Of a DNA stretch of 64,000 nucleotides, positions 26,688 to 41,015 are shown piece after piece (positions within the stretch are counted from its first letter, which is position 1; every line of letters begins with the position of its first letter). Origin of the DNA: Phoronis australis (taxonomy: Eukaryota; Animalia; Phoronida); assembly GCA_002633005.1 (NCBI GenBank), contig NMRA01000209.1, positions 486,174 to 550,173 on the forward strand. The letters are read 5' to 3'. A program made the position numbers and the translations under genes. The notes beneath the pieces are model-generated. The model had not been told where the DNA came from, did not search any database, and saw nothing but the letters and a program-made list of their open reading frames with translations.

Positions 26688-29600
26688 CTAAAATCAAAAA
26701 CATTAGAAACATTCTTCACAACAAACCATGCCGATCGCCTAACAACTATCGAGCTTTTGGGCGCACTTGTAAGTTTCTATTAATGCGTTTCGCTAAAACA
26801 ACTCAAATTTTGCGTAGCAGCTCTATTAAGATAAGATTATTGCAGTTTTAAGGCTAAGATTAAATGATGTAATAATGACAGCAAAATAATTAGCTGACTA
26901 TGTAATTAAATCACACTCATACCATACATAAAGTTAAAATGTGATCACTCTGAAAAGGGGATTTCAGCTTTTCTAGTCAGGCGCCTTCCTCCGACGCAAA
27001 CGTCCTCGGTAAAAGCTGCTAACTGGTTTTATTGGAGGGATAGTTTACTTTTTTAAAACAGAATAAAAACTAGAGTACTAGTCAACTCTGATTTTTAATA
27101 AGAATATTTAAACAACGACAACACCGCTGCAACAAGCCAAGTCGGATTTGTAGAAATATTTAAACAACAATTTGACAAACATAACTTTATTGCAGCGAAA
27201 GCTTACACAGTGTTATCAGGAGTTAATTTTATGAAGCTTCAACGAATCACTGTTGTAATTTTGGATTTAAAAGATGACTGTTGTAAAAAAATTGCTGCAG
27301 ATAACCGCCTTTAACATAGTACATGACAAATAAATCTCACATTTTATCTGAAGTGCGTGCCAAAACAAAAACGATTCATAAGTTATTGTCAAAACACTGA
27401 AATCCTGCCAGCAATCGCTGATTGGCTGATATGTCAGTTACGTGGTTGGTGGGGCATCGACTGCTTACACATAATATTTCTTGCCAAACTCGCCGTGAAA
27501 CTTGTATCAACATGTAAAGCTAAAGACCGGACGGGGTGCATGCAAAATCTGGGAATCAACCGACACTCACCTTGCCCGTTACAGCCGTTTAAGTGGAAAA
27601 CAATACAATAAACGTCATTTTCTTGTGTAACTCTCCACCTATTCTAACAATGAAAGTACGTCGTCGTTTAAAAAACAGTAAGCTCGTGTCACGCGCACGC
27701 ACCATTTCCTAAATTTTGCGACATCTCTCGGGAGATGATGATACCTTGGCAGCAGCAAAATTCTAAAAATTCATAATGAAGTGAAACCAGTTCCGATTAT
27801 TTGTTGTGACGTGTACGCAACCTCGTGAAAGAAGAACAGTTGATTGAAGAATCGGCGAAAAAAGAAACTGGCCAATAGGTGACGCAATATTTCATGGCGC
27901 TGAAAGCCGTCGCTAAAGATTGCTTCACAACGTAAGCAGCAGAATAAGGATAGAACGCCATTTTTTACAACACCGTTAAATAATTTCCTTTACTCAAGAA
28001 AGACTACAGTTTTAATGACACTAATTTTGTGTCAGATTTTATCTTATCACATTTTTACCCACATCAATTCAAAGCTGCATTTTCATTATACAACTTTTTA
28101 CCAAGGCTACTTCGACTGAGGAACACAGGTGTGCTTACGAAGTCACGTCGTGTAGACAAGGCTGAGATCAGACAGTATTGTAGTGAGGCGCGTAGAGAAA
28201 GGTGCATGGTTAAATCAATGGCAGCAGGCTCATTGGGATTGAATATGATGAAGAGAATCTTGACAGTTGAGGTGACGGACTAAGCAGCGAAGGGTTACAC
28301 AGGGATATGCCGTTTTATCTGCAGCATGTGTATAAAATGACCTTCTGCGAGGCAGATAATGGTAGCAAATGATGGACAGACTCTTGGGAACACACCTTGA
28401 CGATAAGACCATTAGAGCCCAGCTGATGAAAGCGTGGGAGCCAATCGAGACCGGTGTTTAAAGGTACGTCCTTCTCAAACTAGCTAATACATCTGTTCAG
28501 GGCTAGTGCCAACCAAATGTAGTGATGTTAGCTATGATTCTTATCGCACCACATACGGCCTTGCTTGGTTATATTTTGCTTCTTTTAACCTTTTTGTTAC
28601 AACCTTGAACCGAGTCGTCTCCCATCTTATGCCCATAGAATTTGACCTTAAGATGTCAAATTGCAATTGGTAGTGTCCTGCATGCAAAGCGAATGTATAT
28701 GTTTTGGTAACTTCATCGGTGGACCATGGGTAAATGGCGGAGAAAAATCGATTAGTAAGATGTCGAATTTGCTGATTAATTAATTTGATTAGTCATCAAC
28801 TAAACTTGTACGGTCAACTAATAAGAGTATAACATTGTAACTCAAACAATATACAATTGTCTAGTTCAGTCAACAGGGAAGTAGTTTCAAAGACTATCGA
28901 ATAGACATTTACGGGTCACTCCCGGATTGTTCTAAAACCCCTCGACCCGTTTTTGTTATGACCGGTGGCCCTGCCCGTGTGGTTATGTCGGGGCATCCTG
29001 GGTATTTTCCAACTTTCCATTACAAGGATCGCTGCATGTCGGGCGGCGCCTTGCATCATTGGCTGATAGAAGTTTTCATTAAGGCACTGGGGTTAACTTG
29101 GGCCAACCGAAACGTTAAAATTTTGTCGATTTTTCACCCTGTGGCTGTGGCCGTCACAGGTCATACTGACCTATGACCAAGGGTAAATTTATCCTGAATG
29201 TAACCTTGTGATCGTTCGGGTGGTTTATATGTTGACATTTTGGCACATAAAATGAAAGACAACGTATCACAATATTGAATAACGAATGAGCCTTTTCTTT
29301 TGGGGTCGTAAGGAATCTTAGAAAATAAATTACACTTCTGGTGTCTTCGTGGATGAATTTGAACAATTTATTTGCTGCAAAAGGCGCCCTTACTCATTGT
29401 GGCCTCCCTTCGTACTTGTACACTTCGTATTAGTTACTTGGTGGCGCTAGTAGTAACGGATGTATCGTACATACCATATAATAGACATCAAATACTGTGA
29501 TGTCTATGGTACAGGCACACTCCATTTTATTATTCAGTTTGTCGGATCAGTGTGCGACTACAGCTTGCTGGGAAAGTTGGCACACGAGCTGTCACGCGCT

Positions 29601-29978
29601 CTGCCTGCACGAGACATGCTCTTCAGAACCAGGGTACAGCTATATTTATCTCATTGGGTACTGTATGAGTTCGTCCGATGTAACAAAGTCTCATGCAGCA
29701 AAACTCAAAATTTGAATATTTTAGCATACATCAAAACTTGGGTTATACAGTATTGCCCATACAATATTATTTTTCAATAGGCCTACAATACGTCTTTAAC
29801 GACAGTCCTGTATCTGAAATTGAATGATGAAATGACAGCATTCAACTGAGAATATCCCAGACAACACTTCAACACAAGTTTGGGGCTTTTTCATAAACAT
29901 CTTCAATCTTTTACATGAATGTGCTTTTCTTATGCTTTTATTTTTGCAAAAATCTCTGTTCAACTACGTAGCAGCACT

Positions 29979-30102
29979 GGGTCAAGGGAGTCGTGGGTCG
30001 AGGGGGTCATGGGTCGAGGGGGTCGTGGGTCAAGGTGGTCGTGGGTCAAAGTGGATCGTAGGTCGAGGGGTCGTGGGTTGAGGATGTGGGGGTCGAGGGG
30101 GC
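29979..30102 (+). repeat. G-rich minisatellite of GGGTCGT/GGGTCGAGG units
   Basis: Repeated GGGTC cores over ~125 bp. Confidence 0.85.
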
Positions 30103-31975
30103 TTTAGAAAAGTCGGTCACTCACAGCTGCTGTGAAGAATTTAATGGGGCATTCATCCAAAATTATAGATCTGTATGTAGTAATTGTACCTTTGATGCTT
30201 GTTTGTGTATTTACGTTTTTCCGTAAACATTCAGGTTGCAAAGACATTTAAAAATGTGATGAACTAATTACTCCAAGTCCCTCTCCAAAATGCAATAGAT
30301 GAAAAATGGGCAAATAAACATTTATTGGGTAGCACTGTAATATAGCGTAGAAAACTCTTTACATTGGTCGCAGTGCAGAAAATTAGAAATCGCAAAATTT
30401 AAATGATATCAATACATATAGCAGTATGTATTAACGTGACTAAGAGACTTTGGGCGATGTTTTTACGGTTGTTACGTTACTGAAAGAAGTGGATGTTGGA
30501 AAATGACATTGTTCATTAGAATTTTCTTGAGAACACTTATTGCATAGTTGTAATCATTTGAGTTTGAAAAATAGGACAGAGCTTGAATGAGAAGAGGGAC
30601 ATCTGAAAAAAACAGACAACAAAATTTCATCAGCTCTAGCATTATGTTGAAAAAAACACGAGACCCTTTGTGATGCAAACTATTTCAAACCACAGGAGTA
30701 TACACAAAATAAAAAGCCTAGATTGCCTTCAATTCTATGAAAGTCGGCAAGTAATCATTTGCGACCTAACCACACTCCTTGGTTGCATTTCGGATATCAG
30801 TGCCCGGTTGCATGAAACAGTCCCAAACATTGACTCAACTAAGTTCCCTAAATTTACTGCGGATTTGTGGACTTATGAAAATACCGATTGCCCTTTCTTG
30901 CATTGTGTTAGGTTCATTATTATGTCAACTTTTGACTTTGATACAAATCGAATGTGAACTCTATGTTGAAATGTCGGTATTATCGAAAATAAGTATGGAT
31001 CTTTTAATGTCACATCCCCAAATTAAGGACTGAGTGCCTATTTATTTTCAATGAACTCAGGGCTCAGTTTTTAGTTATATTATTAGAAAATGTCTTGAAT
31101 CAAAGAGGAGCTCATGATAAAGATGAAATAATAAAAAATATTGCATATGTGAGTACATCAAGACACAAATAAGCAAAAAAGATGTAGGGACCTTAGTTGC
31201 ATACCGGCCACAGATCGCTTTAATTAGTTTCACTACACAAAATCCTCTTGATTGGTGCCTATAATCGAAAACAAAACAAGGTGAGAACAGGTGGGAAATT
31301 TCTTAGACGCACGGCCGGCCGAAGCAAGCAAAACCTGCGGCTTGGATTAAATTGTTGCTATGACTGACGAAAAACCATGTATCCGAAATCAATAATAATT
31401 GCCTGTACGGCAATTCTGTTCGGATTGAATATCGTAAGTGTTGGAACTTCGGCCCTCGCCTGTCTGCGGTTTCATTCGCAATTGAATTGTCGGCAATAAT
31501 TTAACTGATTCTGTCAGTGTATCTTAAAATTAGTACAGTTCACACGAGTTGCCGCTTTTGTTGTCGCATGGACGGAACTGTACGAATTCACCAGGGCTGG
31601 CTGTGACGTCTGGTGCATTGTTCAATAATAATGTGACGTCATTGTTGCTATGCAGAGCACAACTTTTATGCAAATATGCCCAAGTTGTGCATTTGTTAGC
31701 ATTCGCTAGTCGATTTAAACGCCCTGACCGGAATCTCAGCTCTAGTATCCAACTTGGCCGCAAATACAGAATTTTGTATCTGTTATTCCCTTGTGAACAT
31801 TTTCTTTCCAAGGTCGCCATGCCTCGCTTCCTCTAAGGTTCTTTTACAGAATTCACTTCGTGAAAATACGTGACTCCGAGCATTGATCAAAGTTGCCGAC
31901 CGTTAGATTTCAACTTCAAGAAACACCAGTGAAAATTCATATTTCTTCCATATCATATAATCACTTTTATCATTC

Positions 31976-32622
31976 CCAATGCGATTCCATGGCTTCCGCA
32001 GAAAAACAGAGGGCCACTCATTTTTATTCTTTGATGATACAGATACAGTACGCAAAAGTTGTCTTCCTTTTAAGTCAATATTTATTTATGTTAATAATTT
32101 GTGAATGTTGTTATGGATTGTTTACCTAGAAATATTCTTTTAAATCTAAATATTGGCTTGTAATCATAACTCGCCAAGTCTTGGGTTTTCTGTGCTCATG
32201 CTATATTTTTCTTGTTATTAAACCATTTTGTACGTTAACTAGTCTTACGTTGGTTACACTATGCCTGGCCGCTTTTTTCAAAGAGCTCAAGAAATAAAAC
32301 TCAAAGCACTTGATGCCGGATGAGTAAATTTGTAGGAAACAGTTGGCCTTAAGTGGCAGACATTCCGTAGAGAGAGCGTTGAGTTCTTAGCTTTGGCAGA
32401 CTTTGTTATGAGACGTACGTACCTTTTCTCCCGCAAAGAGATCTCACTTTGTTGGAAACAAACCTCTTTGCTCTCTTCAAGAACGGTACGGTTGTTCTTG
32501 ATCCCGCCTCATCGACATCCCCATTGACGTCCCGGACCCTCTGGCGACAAGGAAAGCAGGGCATCTTTTGAACTAATAGTGACGTCATGCAATTAGATGA
32601 CGAAACCAACTTTGGCCTTATA
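31976..32622. repeat. ~650-bp block duplicated at 43301-43950
   Basis: Colinear match from CCAATGCGATTCCATGGCTT to TTTGGCCTTATAG. Confidence 0.95.
32423..32564 (-). CDS. First coding exon of unidentified gene (MPCFPCRQRVRDVNGDVDEAGSRTTVPFLKRAKRFVSNKVRSLCGRK)
   Basis: ATG to AAAG|GTACGT donor, 142 nt; TGACGTCA and TATAAG upstream; duplicate copy differs by 5 synonymous and 1 replacement change. Confidence 0.75.
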
Positions 32623-33156
32623 GTTGATAGCAGTTCGTAAATCATTCGATTCAAAAGGGTGGCGCCACAGGTCACCCAAAGCAGTATGGCTAAAATCTTG
32701 GAATTCACTTTAGAATTTAGCTGTTATACGTACACGGTAGAACACACGCTATTAAATAAGCTAAATTTAATGAGGGTTCTCGGACTTAAGCGTTATTCAC
32801 GAGCCAGGGGTGTCTTTCAGCGCATACAAAAAGGAAAAAAGGTGGTTTTGATAGTACAAAAGGCTGAAAGTCCGAAATGAAATTCCCCCGTACGACAGGG
32901 GGCGAGAGTTCAAAGAGCCGATATTTTGAAAATTTCCAATACTTCGAATCACATATAAAATATCATTTTTTCACCTTCGTGTATTTCTTGATGCTCGAAA
33001 CTTGCCATGTATCCGACATCACAATTGCTAACGTGGAAGTGTGGTGGAAAATATTTAACTAGTCATTGCAGTACCGCTAACTTTGGAATCACAAATGTAC
33101 ATGTAGAATAGATGGATGTAAACGCAATGTACTCTTCTTGTACTTTGAATGTAGAT

Positions 33157-33326
33157 ATAGGTTATCTCACATACATAGAGAAATACTACTGCCATATCCT
33201 ATCGAGAATTCATTTCACTCTGGGAATGTCCCAACGAGACCGAAGGTCGAGTTGGAACATTCCCAGATGAACTGAATTAGAGATGGAATATCGCAGCAGT
33301 ATTCCTATGTATGTGGGATAACCTAT
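33157..33326. repeat. 170-bp imperfect palindrome (fold-back element, possibly Crypton-associated)
   Basis: ATAGGTTATCTCACATACATAG...GACCGAAGGTC...CTATGTATGTGGGATAACCTAT; arms pair along the whole length. Confidence 0.85.
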
Positions 33327-34667
33327 TTATTCCATATATTTGGATTTATTTGCATCATCGTGGCAATACCTTGTTGCCGTGTGATCCGGCGTGTTGTTAT
33401 ATGACGCCATACATGTATGTACATGTACGCCAAGTACGGTTCCAAAACTGTTAAGCTTCAAAACAATCTATGAAGTTTTGAATAACCAGTAAAGTTTTAT
33501 TTCGTAATAAATTCATCGGAATTTTTGGATTGTGAAATATACAAGTTAAAGCATTGAACCATTCAATTATATCAAACGTTTGTCGGAAACTTAGAAACAA
33601 TCCATCCGGGAATATAAAAATTGAATTCCTAATTGTCTGCAACGCTTAATTTGTTGTCAGCTTCGATGAATTTCTTACTTTTCTTGGTCTATTTTCGTGT
33701 CTTAGCCACTGGACTGTACATAGAAATTGAAACATTTCCCTTGTTGGTCTCAGCACTGGAAATAACTTTGGAAATTTTGCTGATTTGCAGCACTTGATGT
33801 AAGGAGTATCTCAAAGCAGAAGCTTACGCCACGGCCAGTGTGACGGAGAGTTGAACGCTGCGAGGAGACGATTGTTTCAGTAAAAAACACATACTCATAC
33901 TCGTTCTTAGGTCTTGATTTCCTGAAAAGACCTTAGAGCCCATGGTAGATATACTGTATGCATCATATAACGAAACGTTTTTGTTGGATTTTGAATCAGA
34001 TTTTGGCAGATTTTACTAGCCGGTACCTTATACAGTTTGACCTATTTACATGTACAAGTTGTATGATGACCCATATTGAAACTTCAGCGACGTAGGCCTT
34101 ATCACCGTGCTTCAGAGATTTCATCGGTATATCTTTTCCGTTTTTAGAGCAGTAAAACTGCTTTTTCGGGAACGATGCCTTGAATTAATGACTGAGGTAA
34201 CCCAAATGATTTAGCTCAATACAATTTGGCGTTGTACATGTAGGCTACATGCGAGTTTACTCCACCACCAACGACTACACACCAGCCGTGAAATACGCCG
34301 GGCTTTTACCGTTGAATATAGTCTCCTGCACAGACCCTCGAGGTTGGTTGGGGTCTGCTACAGGATACTTTTCCATCCGCATTCTTGCAATATCATTGGC
34401 TGTTCCGATTTCAAGAAACAAGGCATTCTATTGGTCAGTTGTATAATAGGTCAAACTGGTTCACCAACATGGCGACTTCCAGTAAAAGAATGTCGATGGA
34501 TTTACAGCTGTTAAAATCTCTCTGTTTTCATCAAACTCCCGCATTTCAAAGCTAACGAGTCAAGGAAAACATCACCAGTAATGTATACGAAACATGTTGT
34601 GATAATTATCTTGTATACTGTGCTGGATTCTGAAGATTTTTTACGAAATATTTTGTGGAAGAAATAG

Positions 34668-35343
34668 NNNNNNNNNNNNNNNNNNNNNNNNNNNNNNNNN
34701 NNNNNNNNNNNNNNNNNNNNNNNNNNNNNNNNNNNNNNNNNNNNNNNNNNNNNNNNNNNNNNNNNNNNNNNNNNNNNNNNNNNNNNNNNNNNNNNNNNNN
34801 NNNNNNNNNNNNNNNNNNNNNNNNNNNNNNNNNNNNNNNNNNNNNNNNNNNNNNNNNNNNNNNNNNNNNNNNNNNNNNNNNNNNNNNNNNNNNNNNNNNN
34901 NNNNNNNNNNNNNNNNNNNNNNNNNNNNNNNNNNNNNNNNNNNNNNNNNNNNNNNNNNNNNNNNNNNNNNNNNNNNNNNNNNNNNNNNNNNNNNNNNNNN
35001 NNNNNNNNNNNNNNNNNNNNNNNNNNNNNNNNNNNNNNNNNNNNNNNNNNNNNNNNNNNNNNNNNNNNNNNNNNNNNNNNNNNNNNNNNNNNNNNNNNNN
35101 NNNNNNNNNNNNNNNNNNNNNNNNNNNNNNNNNNNNNNNNNNNNNNNNNNNNNNNNNNNNNNNNNNNNNNNNNNNNNNNNNNNNNNNNNNNNNNNNNNNN
35201 NNNNNNNNNNNNNNNNNNNNNNNNNNNNNNNNNNNNNNNNNNNNNNNNNNNNNNNNNNNNNNNNNNNNNNNNNNNNNNNNNNNNNNNNNNNNNNNNNNNN
35301 NNNNNNNNNNNNNNNNNNNNNNNNNNNNNNNNNNNNNNNNNNN
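34668..35343. other. Assembly gap (676 N)
   Basis: Run of N. Confidence 1.
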
Positions 35344-37399
35344 GTAATCCCTTTTCAGGGTTTTAAATCAATCCATACAAGACTGGGCTAGAATCTGTTT
35401 AGCCCAAAAAGCATTTATATGTGGAGAATAAGAAAACATCTGTACTAAACTGTGTTGAAAAGATTAATCCTTTTTAAGTTCCTTATCCACAACGTGTACC
35501 ATTTTTCAAGCTGCTATTAACCCAACCTCTTTTTAGAACCATCATGTAACAATATAAGATTGGTCTCGTACTAACAATGTTGTTTTTGGCCAAAATAGTA
35601 GCAAAAATCTAATCACAATTGTTCGCATGAAGATTGGCATGTCTAGCAATGTCCAGGGTCAATCTTCACGTGTGTGCTCGTGATTAGACTCTTGATCTCG
35701 TACTGTTCCTTAGTGAGATTACACGTGGCATATTGGCTTCCGTTGAACTGATAGTTTGTTTTTGCTCAAGACCTGGAGCAATAACCATGGCTTTGAGCAC
35801 TAACAAAGTTTGAGTTCTTCCAAGTCCACTAAGGAACAAGTTGAGACAGGGATATATACAGGGCTTGGCATTTTCCTCTTTTAAGAGAATTTTCTATTTT
35901 TTGTTTTTATTTCCTCTTATTTGATTTCCAGCTTCTTTTTTCTTATCATTATTTTGACTTGATTCATGCAAACATTTGTTTCAGTTAAATTTTACAACAC
36001 AAAAAATATTTCTATAACACAAGCCTATTTGTGAAATGATAGATTACCAGGAACATTTTCTTTTTAGTCATTCCAATTCCTATACAGGGGTAAGTTGTTC
36101 AGATCAAAATTTATTCTTTTTCACACAAGACGCATTCATAGCAACATTAAAGAATTAATTCAAAGGAAATCTGGAAGCAGGAAGACACCATCTGATAAGC
36201 GCATTCTGAAATCAACAATTGTGCTTGTACTTTCCAAGATGTTCAATCCACATTGTTAGTTATATAGGTATAGGGTTCATTTCACCATCCTTGGGCTTTC
36301 AGAGTACCCTCCTAAAACCATTTCAGGGGGTACTCCCACAGGTTTATACAGTACATGACACCTGGGTAATTTTTCTACAAAATGGTGCTTCAAAAAATCC
36401 CTACCAAACTTAAAAACCAAAGCAAACTTTTTCCCATGAATATAACGGTTTCACTCTGGAAGTTAAAAACACTCCAAATGGTACCTTTTTCCTACTGCAG
36501 AAGGGGTTTTAATACGATACCTGTATTTTTAAAAGTTTGGACACCAGATTCATTTTTAACAACTGGAATCACTGAGCCGACTATTTCAAGCTTAATGGAT
36601 GAAAGACAGCTGTTCAAGAATTACTACGAAAGGATTCAGTTGTTAGCATTAACCCTTGTGAAAATATTGTGCATTTGTAACATTAAGCTAATACATTATT
36701 ATTGAACTTCAAACCTCGTACTACAACCCTGTTTTTTTAGCCACAGTTTAAATGGGTGGAGATTCTTCTAGTATCATATTATGCATAACACTGAAGCTTA
36801 GGGTCCATTTGCGACACCTCTTGGGTATTTTCGTAGCTACAAATTTACCCTCAGAACATCTGGAGCAAGATGGCTATATTTTCATACTTACAAATTTTTC
36901 TTCGAAACACTTCATGTAATTGCCTAGCTTCAAATATCCTCTCAAAGATGAACGTTATCCAAAATATGGCAAGTCACGTGATTTTCAGTCTTGAGAATAA
37001 TAGGCTAACTGAAGTCTGCACACATGCAGGAAGCATTCAGCTACTAGGTGAAATTTGAGGTTATGAAAACATCCGAGGTGTTCTGGATGCCCTTGGAAGT
37101 AATTGTTTTCAGTGCATGCTCGAACTTTTGGTCATTATGACCAATCATTCTCCACTAAGTTTGAAAGTCACGCAGGTTAAATTCACCTTAAAGGAGAAAT
37201 TTAAGGCTCAGAATATATCCAAGGTTATCTGAATGGCTTAGGACCCTCAAGTTGTGCGGGGTCCCACCTCAAAGAGGGAAATGGGAAGAAAAAATTATGG
37301 CAATGAGGGTAGGAGTGTAGCTCGGAAATTGTGGCTACCTGAAGGGTTGAAAATTGTGGTGTTCTAGGGACTGAATACAGTGTCTACTGTAACACTGTA

Positions 37400-37570
37400 C
37401 AGTGACGAATTTGGGGTGGAGCACTGGCAAGGGGGCCGTGGCCCTGCCTAAAATTAACCCAGATTCAATTTGGAAGTTTGGGGGTGTGAATGTCTGACTG
37501 TCAAAATACTCTGCCCTTGCCCCTGCCCCCTCCCCTCCGGGCCCAACTCAAAATCCTGGATTCGCCCCTG
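37400..37570. mobile_element. hAT-like MITE, same family as 23618
   Basis: CAGTGACGAATTT...ACTCAAAATCCTGGATTCGCCCCTG; shared internal CAGATTC(C/A)ATTTGG; TSD not preserved. Confidence 0.75.
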
Positions 37571-38380
37571 CAAGAGACGTTTTCATTTCCTACTGTAAAG
37601 CGTAAATAATGAAACTGAAAAAGCCAAGTGAAAAGAGTTAAGCCATTGTTAATTCAGATTTATTTATTTTCATAATAAGGAATCGATAATGACATGAATT
37701 TCTGCACAGTTTGTTGATAATATAACAATATAAACAGCTACCTCACCACAGTTCCGACCGCAAACGCAACTCGCAAAATAACTTTTACTTTCGCGACACC
37801 TAGCGACCTAGTAACGTATTACCGGATGTAAGCATGCGCAGAACCAACTTCCTGGTTAAAAATTGCCAGCTGACAGCCAATGAAATCCATCGTTCTAGTA
37901 TCCTGTACCTGGGCCTTCACAAGTTATCCGTGACGTCATCTTGTGAGGCCCGGGAACCAGGTTACCGTTGAATACAGCTTCTACCATGATATACGGATTG
38001 GTTCTACTTTCCCGTATATCACAGTTGAATCCGTCGCATATACAATGGCCATATGTTCATACATGTATATATGGGATAGAACAAATAAACCCATTGCACC
38101 CTTCTTCATTATTCTATATTTCCTTGACTAAAGATTAAAGTACTACTTGTACAACAAATTACCACAAACTTTTTATTGTAGCAAAATATTATCATAACCT
38201 ACAAGGACGCAAAACAGGCTTACTTAAAAATATTTTGCCTTCTACATCCAAATAAAACGTGTGGCATTTCATTACGCACGATATGTCGTACTCGTGAGAC
38301 AACGTCCAAGTATAAATTCAAACCTTGACATCCTGGCTCCCTAATTGCAAAGGGTAGGCCTATCCTACAGTTTGGGCCGG

Positions 38381-38570
38381 GGCCCGGTCTTCAATCTCCG
38401 TACTCAGACTCGACTCAGACTCAAACTCACACTTGTTACTCAAGTCGATTACAGTCTCACCTTTGCCTTCAATGTTTTCAATGCCATACTGTATTCGAAA
38501 TTTCGAGCACGTACATACATGTATACTCGCTTTTCGAGTATACGCGAAGCGAAGTGTACTTCATCTCATC
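38381..38570 (+). mobile_element. Left-end fragment of the 8504 Harbinger family
   Basis: GGCCCGGTCTTCAATCTCCGTACTCAGACTCG...TCGAAATTTCGAGCACGTA matches 8504-8680. Confidence 0.8.
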
Positions 38571-39487
38571 TATAAATTATGGACAACAGATGTACTATAT
38601 CAGGGCCGTGGAGGGGGGGGGGGGCACAGGCCCCCAAAAAGAATTTCAGGCGTCAGGGTTCAACCGTGGCAACCGACATACGCGTGGGGCGAGGACAGTC
38701 GAGAAAAGGAAGACTGCTAAATGCAGATAAAAGAGAAAAATCAAGATGAACATTTAACAACTCTGTATCAGTGCATGGTTTACCTTTGAGAACCCTGGCC
38801 AGGACATTGTTGTTGGGGTATCCGCTTTCACATCGCATGTTGTTTAATCGCACTTGAAAACCTGCACGTAATCATTCATGCATAATATTTTCAAAAATAG
38901 AAAAATTTGTAAAGCGAAGCTTTTGCGGAGTGTATTAATTTACTTGATTTTTAAATTCAATAAGTCAAAATTTTGCGACTGCAAAACCATATTTTTCCAG
39001 AGGCCCCTCTCTGGCAAGGGATAACGGAAACACCTGTCGCTTTTTTCTCGAATTATGTATCACTTGATGTCTTGACAGATATCATCAATTGCTGCACATT
39101 TCTTGATTTTTCAAAATATTATTAATTTCATATTAAGGGGCCCAACCCTTGAAGGAGGCCATTAACGACATTCAAGTGGCCACGATTTTTATGCTTTTAT
39201 TCATCAATTCTTAAGGGTCCGCTCACTGATAGAGGGCCTAATATTGGACTTGATTACGTCTAATTTCCTGTTTTTCTGAAATCGTGCAACTGACTTTCAT
39301 GTTGAAGAGGGTCACTTTCTGCACCGCCTTGTGACCACACGACGGTGGAATGAACTGTCACTCTTTTCCAAGCTTAATGATGTTTAGTCTTTCATAATTG
39401 AGGTGTTCCATTTCAGACGGTACCCTCTTTCGGTGGAGCAGTTCGGGGAAATATATCTTTGTCCCTCTATACATGTAAATCCGACAC

Positions 39488-39620
39488 CATGGGCGGCGTA
39501 GCACTAAGGTTAAAGCCCCCCCCCTCCCAGCCCCTGCGATGCACCTCTCAAAGACTATGGGGGACCATCACTGAAAAAGTGGGGCTAAAGCCCCAAGCCC
39601 CCTTTGGTGCACCGCCCATG
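39488..39620. mobile_element. MITE with CATGGGCGG termini and 5-bp TSD
   Basis: CATGGGCGG...CCGCCCATG flanked by GACAC/GACGC. Confidence 0.75.
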
Positions 39621-40364
39621 GACGCTGCCAAGTGTTCTCGAGCGAAGTTGAGATTCCAAATTCATAAAAACACCAATATTCGTGCACAGCTCAGTAGTAT
39701 TAAGACATTCGATCCAAACAACCAAAAATGTGAAAAAATACAATATGATTGACCGCTATCGAAATGGTGGAATTTTGGAGTATGCGAAGGCTCCTAATTG
39801 TTAATTACACAAAAGTAATATTTCCGATGGTTAGCTATAGAATAATTAGAAAACGGACAATCGCCGCACAACGTTACGTCTTTTCATAAGACATCATCAG
39901 GATATGTACAGTAGGACAACAAGTGTCGATTACCCTTCTACATCCATGTGGTGAAATGAGAGTGAGAGATTTTCTGTTTTCTAATCGTACTAAGGCCAAA
40001 AAATAATGTAATTATTAAATGATGTTACTGTTTCCCATAGTATCACAAGAATAGTATCTCTTTTGAAAATGGTTACTATGAGTTGTTTGTAAGGAAGTCC
40101 CACATAGGGAAAGCACTGCTGTTGAGGCTACCATTGAGATGAACGAGTGTACTCAAATAGTCCCAATAATAAACAAATATTACAGCGTTTTTGGGGGGTC
40201 AAGTTAAACTCGTGAACCGTTATAGGTACCTCGGTAATGTGCAAAAGTATACCTTACTATGAATGCCCAATTTTCCATTTTCCACGGGTTACCCGTCAAA
40301 AATTCGCGAGCATGGCTGCGGCTATTGCTGATAACATTGATTTCTGTTTTGATTAACAAATTCG

Positions 40365-41015
40365 TTGGTTTCTGATTTACATGCTTATGTATCTACGAAA
40401 ACCGACAGGTTAATAGATGATTTTTGGCAATTAGAGGCTAATCTTTTAAGAAATGATGACGATTCATGGAATTTACTTGAAGCCTGGATATGGAAAAAAT
40501 CTATAATCAGATCCTCAAATAGTAAAGTGCACCTGGACGCTTTTTGCCTATCTAAAATAACTCTCAAATACACTGATGAAATTTGGACAATTCCCAAAAA
40601 ATTTGATCACAATTCAAATGACAATAAATACATTGCTTTTTAACTTCGGTACAAGTTTTGATGTTTAAGATCACTAACAGGGGATCAAAGGAGAATTAAA
40701 TCATTAAATCAAGGCAAACGCATAGGTCATGGATTTGATTGTTGGTTTCTGATTTACATGTTCATTTACCTATGAAAGTGGACTGATTGACGGATGATTT
40801 TTTGACCATTATCAGTTAATCTTGTAGAAATGAGAATGCTTTCATGAACTTAGTTGCAAGCAGACACCGGAAAAATTCGATCTATCATCAGATCCCCAAA
40901 TATAAAAGCACGCGAAACTATTTTTTTATCTGAAATAAGTCTAAAGGAAATTGATGAATTTCGTACAGCACTACAAAGTGTCCCAAAATGTTATCACAAT
41001 TAAAATTACAATAAA
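40365..41015. repeat. Old ~375-bp tandem duplication
   Basis: TTGGTTTCTGATTTACATG at 40365 and 40742 followed by colinear diverged sequence to ATCACAATT...ACAATAAAT. Confidence 0.75.

Noticed and set aside
26852-28647. Possible additional Kolobok remnant between TTAA sites
   Set aside because: TIR match is weak and THAP/KolX traces are not convincing by eye
24425-30277. Diverged ~150-bp direct repeat (24425-24580 and 30120-30277) as possible LTR pair
   Set aside because: No TG...CA ends, PBS/PPT or gag-pol between them; treated as an old dispersed repeat
34655-35347. 230-aa ORF
   Set aside because: Artefact of the N gap
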